Assembly (NCBI RefSeq): GCF_000981445.1
Contig: NC_027220.1
Location: forward strand, 310,001 to 374,000
Direction: 5' to 3'
Length of the DNA: 64,000 bases
Origin: Babesia bigemina
Taxonomy: Eukaryota
The notes beneath the pieces are model-generated. The model searched no databases. It was not told where the DNA came from and saw only the letters and a list, made by a program, of their open reading frames with translations. Within the stretch, counting starts at the first letter, position 1, and each line of letters starts with the position of its first letter. Positions 46,894 through 58,010 of the stretch are shown here, one piece after another. The translations under genes and the position numbers were made by a program.

Positions 46894-49512
46894 TCATATT
46901 GAATTCAATAGCTGTAAATGACGCTCCTGCTCTTTGGGCCCGCTCGACCCACGCGGGTACAGAATCGGGCGCACGCGCTTATCGTCAATTTCGTGCAGCA
47001 CGGGGGTCAGAATACGCCAACACTCGCTCACTTCTTCGAGCGAAGGGAAGTAGTTGCGCTTGCCGCTGAAGGCGTGGTAGAGCAGTATTTCGTAGCACCC
47101 AACCACGGGACGCTTGGTCAGGTTGTAGTCCACATCACGTAAGATACGCTCCTCCACCTTCAGGCCCATGTTGTCGGTGTCATGGTCGCTGGTGAACACC
47201 AACTTCTCACTCTCTTGCTGCGTGTCGAAGTGCCTGGAGTCCACGGACCAGAAGACAGTAGGGTTGGGCTGAACCCGGAAAACGAGGTTGCGCGCCTCGA
47301 AGTCCGCGCCAAATTCGGCTGCGAAGTTGCTTTTCATGTTAAGCCGCACCTCACACAGATGCTCATCCAGACCTTTGCCGGTGGTTATCACGAACGGCAC
47401 GCCCTGCCACTTGTCGTTATCGACGTACATGACCATGGAGCAGAACGTGCTGCAGAGCGAATCTGGAGGCGTTCCCTTCTCCTGCAAGTACGCGCACTCG
47501 CTGCCATCCTCGCTCTCCGTATACTGACCTATGATGGTGTCCTCCAGACGCACGGTGCGCACGGCCCTCAGCACCTTGCGCTTCTCGTCAGCAACAGAGT
47601 CATTCAGCCGGTCGGGTTTGTCCATCGCAATCAACGACAGCAGTTGCAACCCGTGATTCTGCACCATGTCGCGAATAATGCCGTAGTTCTCGAAATAGTT
47701 GCGCCCGAACGTGCCGATGCGCTCCTTCATTTTAATGTGCACGCTCTTCACGTACCGTCTGCTGAAGAGATGGTTGTAGCGCAGCGAACGCTTGATGGCT
47801 ATGATACAGGATATCAGCGGCTTCCCCAAGTAGTGGTCCACGAGGAACATCTCCTCGGGCTGTGCGTGCTGCTGCAGCACACGCTGGATATCCTGGCAGC
47901 TCTCCATGTCACGCCCGAACGGCTTCTCCAACATCACCCTGAACCAACCCTCCTTGGGGCGGCACACCGAAGTTGCAATCTTCATGATGGGATGGTAGGC
48001 TTCAGCTGGCGTGGCCATGTAGATGAGACGGTGCGTCACGGTAGAACCCGACTCAATCTCGTTCAAGCTCTCGTTCAGCTGCACGAGCGATTGGGGGTTG
48101 TCGTACTTCACGGTCACCCTCCCCAGCTTCTTCTTGAATTCCGCAATCACAGTGGGGAAATCGAATCGCGCCGCCGCTTCGCACATGAAAATCGTGGTGT
48201 TGATAGAGGCGAAAATGTCCTTGGAGACCGTCTCGAAAAATTCGTCAAACGACTGATGCGACCGGCTCACTGCCAAAATTCGGAATTTGGTTGGCAAGAA
48301 TCCCAAATAAAAGAGATGGAACAGAGCTGGGTAGAGCTTGCGACGAGCCAAATCGCCAGTGCTACCGAACAAAATGAAAGTTAGGCAGTCCGATTGCTCC
48401 AGCGGAACTTTACGTCTGATTCGGCGGATGGTCGACGAGTCCAACACTGCAACGCATCCAGCCTTCGTGAAGATCTGAGTAGCCGGGAAACGTATCGGGT
48501 CAACGTGTCTGTATTGCAGCATGGTCGTCCAAATGCGCTTCTTACGCTCCCCCTTGAGGAAAAACAGCTTGCTCTTTGCGCAACACAGGAAAGGCAGTGA
48601 TAGGGTCAACCGGTCATGAACCACCGCCGTGTCTGTATGGGTGATCATGACACGTTCCTTGCAGTCCGTTACTTGCGAGGGCTCGAGTGTGGATAAAAAC
48701 TCCGGGAACAGGCCAGCAATGTGGAAATCGTCGCCAATGCCCAGCGTGATCAAGTCGGGCTTCAGCGTGCTCTTGCTCATAGCCATACCAACCACTTTGG
48801 ATTGGGGCGAAGAATCAACCGCAGCCGTTGCCGAGGGCTCCAACTTGCCGAAAACGCGCTCCAGATCCGCCTCATACTTGCGCACACATTCTTCCAGAGG
48901 CAAGGTTGTGTCCGGGAAAATGATGTGCGACTCGGGCACCGGCCAGTTTTTCAGCAGCGTGTTCCGTATAAGCCGCTGATTAGACAGCTCGTCAGTAGGC
49001 GGAACATAACGCTCGTCCACTAGGAAGAATATTATGCGATTGAAGTCAATGTCGAGATTCTCCATGTTAGACATGTACCGGAACACGGCCCTCGGGGTGT
49101 TGCCACCGGACAAACCAATAGTCACAATCGAAGTCGGAGACTCAGCCTGCTTCGCCTTTATGCGATGCAGAATCAGGTGCATGGCAGCCATAACAAAACC
49201 CTCCTCCGTGTGGCAGTCGAGCAGGCAGGGCTCAACTATGTCATCCATGTCGTCACCATCGTCCATCTTATAATTATAGTTGGTTACCACATGGCCCGCT
49301 TCGCGAAAGTGTATCACCTCGTTCAGTTTGTTCGCATAAAACGTCTTCAGCCAATTTTGGTAGTGCGTCGTGTTAGTCGTAACAAGACTAGACAGCGACG
49401 TTGAAGACCCGGTTCTCGACATGACTGGGTTGCGCGGTAGCAGACTCTCCCTCGTCTGTTCATCCAGAGTCTTCAGACTCTGCACGTTGGGCACCTGATC
49501 TTCCGAATCCAT
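46894..49512 (-). CDS. GluPho: Bifunctional 6-phosphogluconolactonase / glucose-6-phosphate dehydrogenase (GluPho), 872 aa
   Basis: 6PGL half: IGLSGGNTP, FLVDERYVP, LGIGDDFHIAGLFP. G6PD half: FGSTGDLARRKLYPALF, EKPFG, DHYLGK, GIIRDMVQNH, WQGVPF...GK. Confidence 0.97.
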   Translation of the reverse strand: MDSEDQVPNVQSLKTLDEQTRESLLPRNPVMSRTGSSTSLSSLVTTNTTHYQNWLKTFYANKLNEVIHFREAGHVVTNYNYKMDDGDDMDDIVEPCLLDCHTEEGFVMAAMHLILHRIKAKQAESPTSIVTIGLSGGNTPRAVFRYMSNMENLDIDFNRIIFFLVDERYVPPTDELSNQRLIRNTLLKNWPVPESHIIFPDTTLPLEECVRKYEADLERVFGKLEPSATAAVDSSPQSKVVGMAMSKSTLKPDLITLGIGDDFHIAGLFPEFLSTLEPSQVTDCKERVMITHTDTAVVHDRLTLSLPFLCCAKSKLFFLKGERKKRIWTTMLQYRHVDPIRFPATQIFTKAGCVAVLDSSTIRRIRRKVPLEQSDCLTFILFGSTGDLARRKLYPALFHLFYLGFLPTKFRILAVSRSHQSFDEFFETVSKDIFASINTTIFMCEAAARFDFPTVIAEFKKKLGRVTVKYDNPQSLVQLNESLNEIESGSTVTHRLIYMATPAEAYHPIMKIATSVCRPKEGWFRVMLEKPFGRDMESCQDIQRVLQQHAQPEEMFLVDHYLGKPLISCIIAIKRSLRYNHLFSRRYVKSVHIKMKERIGTFGRNYFENYGIIRDMVQNHGLQLLSLIAMDKPDRLNDSVADEKRKVLRAVRTVRLEDTIIGQYTESEDGSECAYLQEKGTPPDSLCSTFCSMVMYVDNDKWQGVPFVITTGKGLDEHLCEVRLNMKSNFAAEFGADFEARNLVFRVQPNPTVFWSVDSRHFDTQQESEKLVFTSDHDTDNMGLKVEERILRDVDYNLTKRPVVGCYEILLYHAFSGKRNYFPSLEEVSECWRILTPVLHEIDDKRVRPILYPRGSSGPKEQERHLQLLNSI

Positions 49513-50534
49513 CTTGAAAGATCACAACACAGCAGGGTACAGGTGGCGTCGCGAGCCCTGAATTAAAAAACCTCAAATTAGTAGGCCAGAAAAGTTCGTC
49601 CACACTTAATTAAAAATAACTGACTCGCACATCTGTGGGAAAGGAATCCTCAATAAGGAAAAATAAAGAAGCCATACGCAACCAATGGAACCACTAACAC
49701 GTGCTGCCTATCCATCAACCTCTCAAAGACAATATAATCACATATCATGTCTCTAAAGCTATTTTCAGCTCGACGAATGTCGCGGATGAGCATAAGTGCC
49801 GCCAAGTTTTGCAACACATCGGAATTGCCGGGAATCCACCTGGACACTGCCGTTTCGAGTCGGAATCAATGGCACGTCAAATTTTAACCATGCCAAGGCA
49901 GTTTGTATGGCCGGGGAAGTGACAGGTAAATACCTATGCCATTGCAGACCGAGCAGCGTGTGGTGCGGCACAGGGGATGTTGCGCAACACAGAAAAATGG
50001 AGTTCACACTCCAGACAAACGATGTCAGCCGTATGTGTGATAGCTTCTATATTTATTTGGGAAATGAAGGTGACATGTGCGCCGTAAAGCTGCCCGCCGA
50101 CATGACTGACTAGTTTGGACAGCCCCTGGGACAGTTTGAAGCAACCGGCGGTGCAGACTGGGATGTGCAGCTGCCGTTGTATAGCATCTGTAGCAGCATT
50201 TATTGCGCGATCTAATTCCACTGGAAGGACAACTGTTGCAGCTTCCCCTGGTCTCAATTCAACCCAGTGATGGTTGCCTCGAGATGCCTCGCAACGGGGT
50301 CACTGACGACGTGCCATCCATTTGCTGTAACTTGTCGAAGCCTACAGTATTGAGGTGCGCTGCTGTATCGTTGCGCGATGAGGTATCCATGGGTGTAGTC
50401 GCAAAGATGCCGACAAGCCTACACACTCCTACCTGCCTACGTGTAAAAATGTCCAGTGTCCGTCCAGAGCATGATACCTAAACACGCCATTTTGGGTAGC
50501 TACACCTGTGTTCACGCATCGTAGTTGTGGAAAA

Positions 50535-50828
50535 TTAGTCCGATTTCGTCGATTTGCCCATTATGAAGCGAGCCTGCGATTCTCCGTTGCCGTTATCTTC
50601 ACAATACGCCAGATATCCAAAGCTTATTGCGATTATAAGCACCGACACTGTCGCAACGCAAGCGGATATCGCCAACGATGCCGTGCGGTCCAAGCCTAGG
50701 TACCGAGTTAAAGCCGGCAGGGTCATCGCAATCACAGCTGGTACCGTAAACATCAACAGCGTGAAGCGACCCAGCACGCTAGCCGAGCGCTTCTCAGTAG
50801 CCGACAAACTGCGGTAGAATTTCAGCAT
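50535..50828 (-). CDS. VMA21: VMA21-like V-ATPase assembly factor (2 TM), 97 aa
   Basis: LGRFTLLMFTVP, second TM SACVATVSVLIIAISFGYLAYCED, and C-terminal KSTKSD (Lys at -3, an ER-retrieval-like signal). Confidence 0.72.
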   Translation of the reverse strand: MLKFYRSLSATEKRSASVLGRFTLLMFTVPAVIAMTLPALTRYLGLDRTASLAISACVATVSVLIIAISFGYLAYCEDNGNGESQARFIMGKSTKSD

Positions 50829-51183
50829 CTTTGAGGAGAAGCAGACGTCACGGGTCTCAAATGGTCATATGCTTCCTCGGCGCATCTAGCCCAGGGATTT
50901 CAGCTAAAAACCACCGAATTTAGCGGTTTACCAATATTTGTTGTTATAATGCACACTGTACACACTCAAGGCTTCAAGGAATATGGCTCCATAGCAGTCG
51001 CGGGGGAGGGTTGGACGTCCCAGGAGCCTGTGGGCGTACACCCTGGGGAAAGACTCACGCCACTGCGAAAAACGGTGGAGCGTGCCAGTATGCACATGAT
51101 GACATTAAAGTATAGTGACCACAGTGTCGATGAATCAAATCTAAAACAACAGATCGAAAGCGCCATGCGCTTAGACATCCACG

Positions 51184-52204
51184 TCACGACACTAATGAGC
51201 TGAGCAATGACGCAAACGGATTGCCCATGTCCCGAGGCGCACTGGGGTCGTACTGGAAAGGGTCAGTTGGGTCGTGGTGTCCTGGAAAGAGCCTCTCACG
51301 CAGGTGATGCACCAGGCGCGGGAAGTTGGGGTCGGCATCGATTATCGGCCTGTATACCTTGCATGCCACCTTGTACAACAGGTAGTCGGGGTTTTCACAG
51401 AGCTCCGTAAAGATGTACGCGAGCTGCAGGGGGATTGGGACCTGATGTTCATGAAATCGTCGCAACAAAGGCTTACCGTGTCGCTGGACTCGAAATCCTG
51501 GTTCAACATAAGCAACAGACATTTAGCAGTTGCGTCATCGCCCGTTGCTAACTGTATCAGAATGCAACGCAGATAGACAAAGGGGCGCTCGTGTTCCTGA
51601 ACAATGGACGCCCAGGATTCCAAAAACTTAGAAAGCACCTCGATATCTTGACCCTGAATCAGGTACCCCTGCGCTTCACTCAATTGCCCTTCGTCCCAGT
51701 GGTGCTGGCCAATGCACAGCTGCAGCTTAGGGTGCGGGTTCAGCTCCAGTGCGCTGTCGGCTATAGCCAGTGACTTTTCCAAGATGGCATCCTTTGCGAG
51801 CGGCCCTGATAAAGGCTCCTGCGCACAGCTCAGGGAATCCTTCACGGTGCAGAAAAAGGATTTCACTTGGTCGATGTTAGCCTCAGTGAACTCTATGTCA
51901 GACTTCGATGCGATTTTCATGTACTCCTTCATCAGCTCGAGGGACTGGGCGTACTCGCCTGCTCCTGCGCAGCGTTTGCAACATCAACCTCACACCTACG
52001 TATGTAGACCTCCGCAAAGTGATGGAGTACCTCAAGAGCCTCGGAGTAGCGCTTGGCAATCACTGCCCTGAAACAAATGGCCAGGCACTTTAGAGCAGCC
52101 TACCTCTGCGATGCGCTCAACACATGTTGCAGAGAATCGTAAAAACGACCGGCAGCGATGTCGTCGTTAATGCGCCTGTACTTAGGATTGTCCGCAATTC
52201 CCAT
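51184..52204 (-). CDS. GET4: GET4 (Golgi-to-ER traffic protein 4 / TRC35) homolog, multi-exon
   Basis: AGRFYDSLQ, HPKLQLCIGQHHWDEGQLSEAQGYL, ERPFVYLRCILIQLA and YKVACKVYRPIIDADPNF...RLF follow the GET4 pattern (GxYYEAHQ, HPxLH, QAVLQFL, CEQYxPSLxRDP). Confidence 0.82.
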
Positions 52205-52586
52205 CTTGAATGGCGAATGAGCTACTCCGACCGTTAGGTGCGCGATGAGGCCTTCCAACCCCGTGGAGAAAACGGATTAACACGCCTCAGTGCGACTAAT
52301 CCAATGCACAGCGATATTATATAAAATATAATCTGTACATTTGGAGATGTGTGTACATATTTCGGGCAAGGAAGGCGCATGGTAGCGGTGCCCATACCGG
52401 TCGGACATGGATGATGCCCTGGGAACGGTAACTGATCCACGGGCCAGTGAGCTACATCGCGATTCTTTCGATTACGCCAAGCTATTGGTGGATGTCTATT
52501 TGTGATGCTTGTATTGCCCTATCACGATGCGTACAAACGTAGAAATATAAAAAGCGTTGTGATTCTGCGTAAAAACCATAGACAAG

Positions 52587-54876
52587 ATGCAAGCGGCTGA
52601 TACGGTGTATCTAAACCAGGCAGATGTGGCGAAATCCACGAATATAACTGTACTCGGAGCCGGTTGCGAAGTGGGTCGTTCATGCGTCTTCGCAGAGCGT
52701 GGCGGATACAATGTCATGTTCGACTGTGGCCTTCACCCTGCATTATCGGGGGTGGGAGCTTTGCCGGTGTTCGAGGCGATCGACCTATCGAAGGTGGATG
52801 TCTGCCTCATCACCCACTTTCACCTCGACCATTGCGGCGCGGTGCCGTACCTGTTATCGAAAACTGCTTTCAAAGGGCGCATACTCATGACATACGCTAC
52901 GAAAGCCATATGCCATCTACTGTGGACGGATTATGCCCGTATGGAGCAGCTGCAGACGGTGAAATCCATATTCGACCGGAGTGGGCCGAAGAGTGACCAA
53001 GCAGGACCCGACCAAAAGGAGGGGCTCATGGACGAACTGATATGCGGTTCGGGCTTGTACTCCTTCGAAGATGTGGAGTTCGCGCTGGAAAAGATTGAGA
53101 CCATCGATTTCCACGAGGAAAAGGACATCGGTGGAATTAAAATTTCGTGCTACAGGGCAGGCCATGTGCTGGGTGCATGCATGTTCCTGGTAGAGATGGA
53201 CGGTGTGCGTATTCTGTACACGGGTGACTACTCAACAGAGCTCGACAGGCACGTCCCGTCAGCTGAGATACCGCCCATTAACGCGCACCTGCTCATATGC
53301 GAAAGCACGTACGGAATACGCGTCCACGAAGAAAGGCTGCAAAGGGAGAGGCGGTTTCTGAGGGTGGTCCTTGAAATAGTCACTAGAGGAGGGAAGTGTC
53401 TTTTGCCTGTATTCGCCCTAGGGAGGGCACAGGAGATATTGCTCATTTTGGACGAGTACTGGGAGGCGAATAGTAACCTACAGTCCATTCCCATCTTCTA
53501 CATCTCCCCACTCGCGCAGAAATCACTCAGGGTTTACGAAACATTCGTAGGACTCTGCGGTGAATACGTCAAAGAGGTTAGTAGAGCGTGCGCTTTCATC
53601 ATGCATGGTGCAGTGCGTGTACAACGGGTTCAACCCCTTCAACTTCAAGTTCGTCAAGTACGCAAAATCGGTGGGTGACATAGAGCCCTACCTGCGCTCA
53701 GATACTCCTTGCGTTGTTATTACTTCGCCGGGCATGCTGCAGGGAGGCCCGTCGCTCCAAATCTTTGAAAAAATAGCCTCGGATAACAAAAATGGAGTGG
53801 TGCTCACCGGGTACACCGTCAAGGGTACACTTGCAGACGAGCTTAGACGGGACCCAGAAGTCGTCAGCATAGGAACCAAAACCCTTAAGCGAAAGTGCGC
53901 AGTCGAACAAATTTCGTTTAGCGCACACGCCGATTACAACCAGACCAAGGATTTTATCCGGAAGCTATCGGTGCCAAATGTCATTCTGGTTCACGGAGAA
54001 CGCACAGAAATGGCTCGTATGCGCGACAAGCTGACGGAGGAAATACCAGAACTTTCGGTATTCACCCCAGAGGTGCTGCAAATGGTCACGCTCAGCTTCC
54101 CGCCTGACGTGGCCATCAACGCCGTCGGGCAGCTAGCAGACGACATCAAAGAGAAAATGCTCAATGGGGCAGTTGGTAGTGACGACGGGCAGTTGGCGAG
54201 TGTTGTTATAGTAAAGGACAGCGAGTCCAAGGTCATGTATGCAGACGACATCGAAAACTGCGCAACTATGGCAATCAACTACCTCGACCAGGAAATGGCG
54301 ATAGGATTCAACGGGGGATTGGAACAACTCAAAACTGCAGTCGGTGCCGTATATGACGACGTCAAGGTTGTTTCAAAAAACACCATCGTAGTTGCGGAAC
54401 TCGTGACAGTTATCGTCACCGCAGACCGCATGACACTGAGGTGGAGAGCTAGCCCGGTCGCAGACCTCATCGCAGACAGCATTAGCATGCTCGCCGTGCA
54501 GCTAATAGTGCACCCGCAACAATCCACAGAAGAAGCGGAAATGATCAACAAGATAAAGGATGAGGAGGTCTTCTTTTCCGTGGCGGAGATGCAACTTGCT
54601 ACGAAATTCGGCCAACCTACACAGGTGAAAGTGGAGGAGGAACAGGCAAAGCCCAACGCTGACAAAACCCTCACGTTCCATATTTACAATCCGTTAGAGG
54701 AAAATGCCCGCGTTGTGGCGATGGAAGTTAACCTCTCCAAGTGCGAGGTTGGTCAGACATGCCGTGTGTAGTGTAATGTATGTTCGCAGGTCACTTGTGA
54801 GGACGCCGACGCCGCGAAGGTTGCTCTCGATATCATTAAAACTGTGAAGGCTGCGCTACAGCCTATCAACCCATAG
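52587..54876 (+). CDS. CPSF3: Cleavage and polyadenylation specificity factor 73 kDa endonuclease
   Basis: LGAGCEVGRSC, THFHLDH, AGHVLGACMF, YTGDYS, CESTYG, PVFALGRAQE, SPGMLQGG, SFSAHAD, LVHGE. Introns at 53577-53613 and 54748-54789. Confidence 0.97.
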
Positions 54877-54892
54877 ATATAATCGACTACAT

Positions 54893-56351
54893 TTAAGTTT
54901 GGATGGCCTTTGTTACAATGCTGAGGACGCTGTCTTCCTCCGTCAGCACCTTATCCTCAGCCAGCTGCATGCCTGACACGCCCACTGCCTTGCAAAAGTT
55001 GCGGCCGATCTCCGGGCCGAGCATGTTGGCGAAATCGCGCACACTAGTGCCTGGCATGACGGTCATGCACGTGCGGAACGCCTTGGTGCTGTCGTCATCG
55101 TCCCCGAAAGTCTTCAGACTCTTAACGGGATATATGCACACAATCCCAGCAGCTTTAATAGCCTCGTTCAGTGCTTTGGTCACGCCAGTTGACCCGAACC
55201 TGTAGAGCACGAGGTCCCGGATGTTACGGAGCCTGTGACGCAGCTTGTCGTCCACCTGTTTAAGCACCTTGTTGCGAGGATCATCCGCATCATCCCCGTT
55301 CATGTAGAAGTCGTTGTCTCCCTCAAAGTAATCTATGTAGCCCTGAATCGCCATTGGCAAGATGCCCTCCGACAGATTATACCCACCTGTGCCTGCATCT
55401 TGCGCAAGAAACACATGGCCAGCGCGCTACACATCACACTAGGAACATCCGGATGACGCTGGCAAATCTTCAGGCAATTTTCGTCAGTGTCACCCTCCTG
55501 ATGACGATGTATGGCAGGATGAAAAAACCAACCGAATCGACCTTGTTTAAAACCAACACAAATTTGAAACGTTCTTGAACGAACACGGAAACCTAATTAA
55601 TTTTTAATAATCGATAAAACAGCGTCATAGAACAGCGGAAGTAATTATTAACAACAGGCGTTTAACTTACAAAGCGGCGGATCTCTTTTTCATCCCACTG
55701 CGATAGGTCCACAAATTGAGAATGCTTCACCTCCATAATATCAAGAACCTTGGAGACCAAGGCTTCTGTGGCCATGTAGCCGGAAACCTTCCCGTGGAGA
55801 GTCGTTACGGCGTTGTCTTTCTTCATTGCGTGGCGCCTCGCCATAGGGGCCCATTTGGGCTGCAGATTGTTGAATATCCATAGCTCGATCTCCTCAACAA
55901 GCCACATGTGGTCTCCTGAAGGGTCATAGCCAATGGTAGCGTCTCCCTAAAAATTAAGAAAACGAAACAATTCACTACATACCTTCTCGTTGGTTCTGCC
56001 CGAAACGTCGATGATGTGCATCAACACGTCGGCGTGACGCAGGTCATCTAGGAACTTGTTACCTATACCTCGGCCCTCATTCGCTCCGGGTATCAGCCCG
56101 GCTACGTCCAACAGCTTGACTGGAACCTTGCGCACGCCATCCCTGCAACTGCCAAAGGACGGGGCGCATGTCACGTTATATTTCACGCATGGGCAATCCG
56201 TAGTGAAAAAGGCGACGCCATGGTTTGGCTCGATCGTGGTAAAGGGGTGCGCCGCTGTTTTGGCGTTTGGATTGATGCATACGGCATTGAAAAATGTTGA
56301 TTTACCCGACGAAGGTTTACCGACGCAGCCTATCACGAAATCACGAACCAT
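54893..56351 (-). CDS. OBG-family GTPase, YGR210C/archaeal YchF-like subfamily, multi-exon
   Basis: GKPSSGKST, AAHPFTTIEPN, Cys-rich insert CPC...C.P..G.C, DVAGLIPGANEGRGIGNKFLDDLRHAD, spliced NKVD, RFGSTGV and a TGS-like tail. Confidence 0.92.
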
Positions 56352-56857
56352 GGCATCAGTGGTACCAAAACAAAAAATATTATCTCATACGCCTTATTCG
56401 GCTGCGATTACGATGTAGGCGTTAGGGTAGCCTTTTCGGCGAAACACACCCTAAACGGCAAGTACTGAACGCTAGACAAGTTTGTTGTCCATCGAGCTCA
56501 CGTGATGCAAGGCGTCACAAACCGATTTTACATCACGACGAGGCGTACCACAAATAACGATCTCGCGACACCTTATAAAAGGAATGTGCAGTCCGTGTCT
56601 TCAGGACAAAGAGCAACCTATGAGGAGTGAGGTGGTGGACGAATCCCTTAAGCTTCCTACCCTCTAACTACCCTGTTACATCGATATATTTCAAAGCTTC
56701 AAAATATTTAAATACGCTCTCCAATTTAGTACTGCGCCAGTGTGTTTGTTATTGGCGGTAATGTTATGTTAGCTTGCGTCGACTACTCTTCCTTCCCAGC
56801 CATATATGCATCGTCGAGATTGGAGCGACTGGATTATTTCGGTTTTAAATAAACAGG

Positions 56858-57799
56858 ATGTCTGACTGGGTAGTATCAAAGGAGAAGAGGGTGCCCATCG
56901 ATCACATTTCACGGCGGAGGAGCTTCCCTGTAAGACCTCCGCCACTCCGGATTTACAACCCTATCAAGGTGATTGGATTCGATGGTAGCCTGCGCGTTCC
57001 TAAGTATAGATTCTGGAATCCATTCATGCCGGAGAACGTGCTGAAGGCAGCGTATGTCCCAGTGGTTGCTCATCCTTTTGGCAATCGCACGAAAACACAG
57101 CTACCTAGAAGTGACAATGGAATATCGTCGATACATAACCTTCAATCGGTGTTCGACGCGGTAGACAGGCAGATGGATGCCTGGAATCGTTGGATTTTCG
57201 GGGACCCTGTACGGGCAAGTCACACGGCAGGAGCATATAGAGATGCCCACTCGCTCAGCGACTTCATGGATTTCGGCAGGTCATTGTTTGACAGTTGGGA
57301 CGATCAGGTGGAATCGGTGAACGACAACCATGCGTATGAGAGGGACCACCCTTCGCGGTACCGCGACAGCGTTTCGGTTGCATCCGAAGATTTGCGCAAC
57401 TATCGCATCGCGACTGACCGCGCAAACCGGGATTTCCAAAGCATTCAGTCGCGACTGGGTTATCAAGATGGTAATGTTGACGACGAACGCCATAACGACA
57501 TGCTTCCCGTATGGCGCCCCGCCTCTGGAGCTAACAAAAGCGACGATAGGAAGTACTATAAGATGACCTTCCATCTACCAGCATTCAACGAGGAAGATGT
57601 CAAGATCGCTATTCGTGAAGGTGTGCTAACTGTGCGCGCAGAGGCCAACGAGGTAGCGCATGATGAAAATCGTTCTGTTGCACGGCGCTCACAAAGATTC
57701 CACCACACAGTCAGCTTGCCAGATGACGCTGAAGCAAGGCTGGCGAAGGCGAAATTCGCCAATGGTACACTAACTGTAAAAATACCCGTAATGTGCTGA
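56858..57799 (+). CDS. HSP20: Small heat-shock protein (alpha-crystallin domain) with long N-terminal extension, 313 aa
   Basis: C-terminal YKMTFHLPAFNEEDVKIAIREGVLTVRAE...RFHHTVSLPDDA...AKFANGTLTVKIP. Confidence 0.9.
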   Translation: MSDWVVSKEKRVPIDHISRRRSFPVRPPPLRIYNPIKVIGFDGSLRVPKYRFWNPFMPENVLKAAYVPVVAHPFGNRTKTQLPRSDNGISSIHNLQSVFDAVDRQMDAWNRWIFGDPVRASHTAGAYRDAHSLSDFMDFGRSLFDSWDDQVESVNDNHAYERDHPSRYRDSVSVASEDLRNYRIATDRANRDFQSIQSRLGYQDGNVDDERHNDMLPVWRPASGANKSDDRKYYKMTFHLPAFNEEDVKIAIREGVLTVRAEANEVAHDENRSVARRSQRFHHTVSLPDDAEARLAKAKFANGTLTVKIPVMC

Positions 57800-58010
57800 G
57801 AAAACATGAAGCCGCAATAAATGGCGGCGCTGTACACTTGTGGTCCGGTTCGCTGGCCACGTAAGACATTGAGAAGTAAGTGTCGTAGCAACTTAAAGGC
57901 TAGTTAAAAGTACACGATTTCGATGTGTTAAATTGCTAATTGTTTTAATGATGCCGTGATGTGTGAGCGAAGTGGCTCGCCGATCCGGCAGAAGCATCTC
58001 GTATTTAAAC

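Noticed and set aside
49650..50490. Possible small multi-exon gene between GluPho and VMA21
   Set aside because: Several ORF fragments exist on both strands, but I could not build a stop-free spliced model or see any homology. Left uncalled.
56419..56456. Imperfect inverted telomere-like words (TTAGGGT / ACCCTAAAC) upstream of the GTPase
   Set aside because: Single units only. They could be telo-box-like promoter words but are too short to support.
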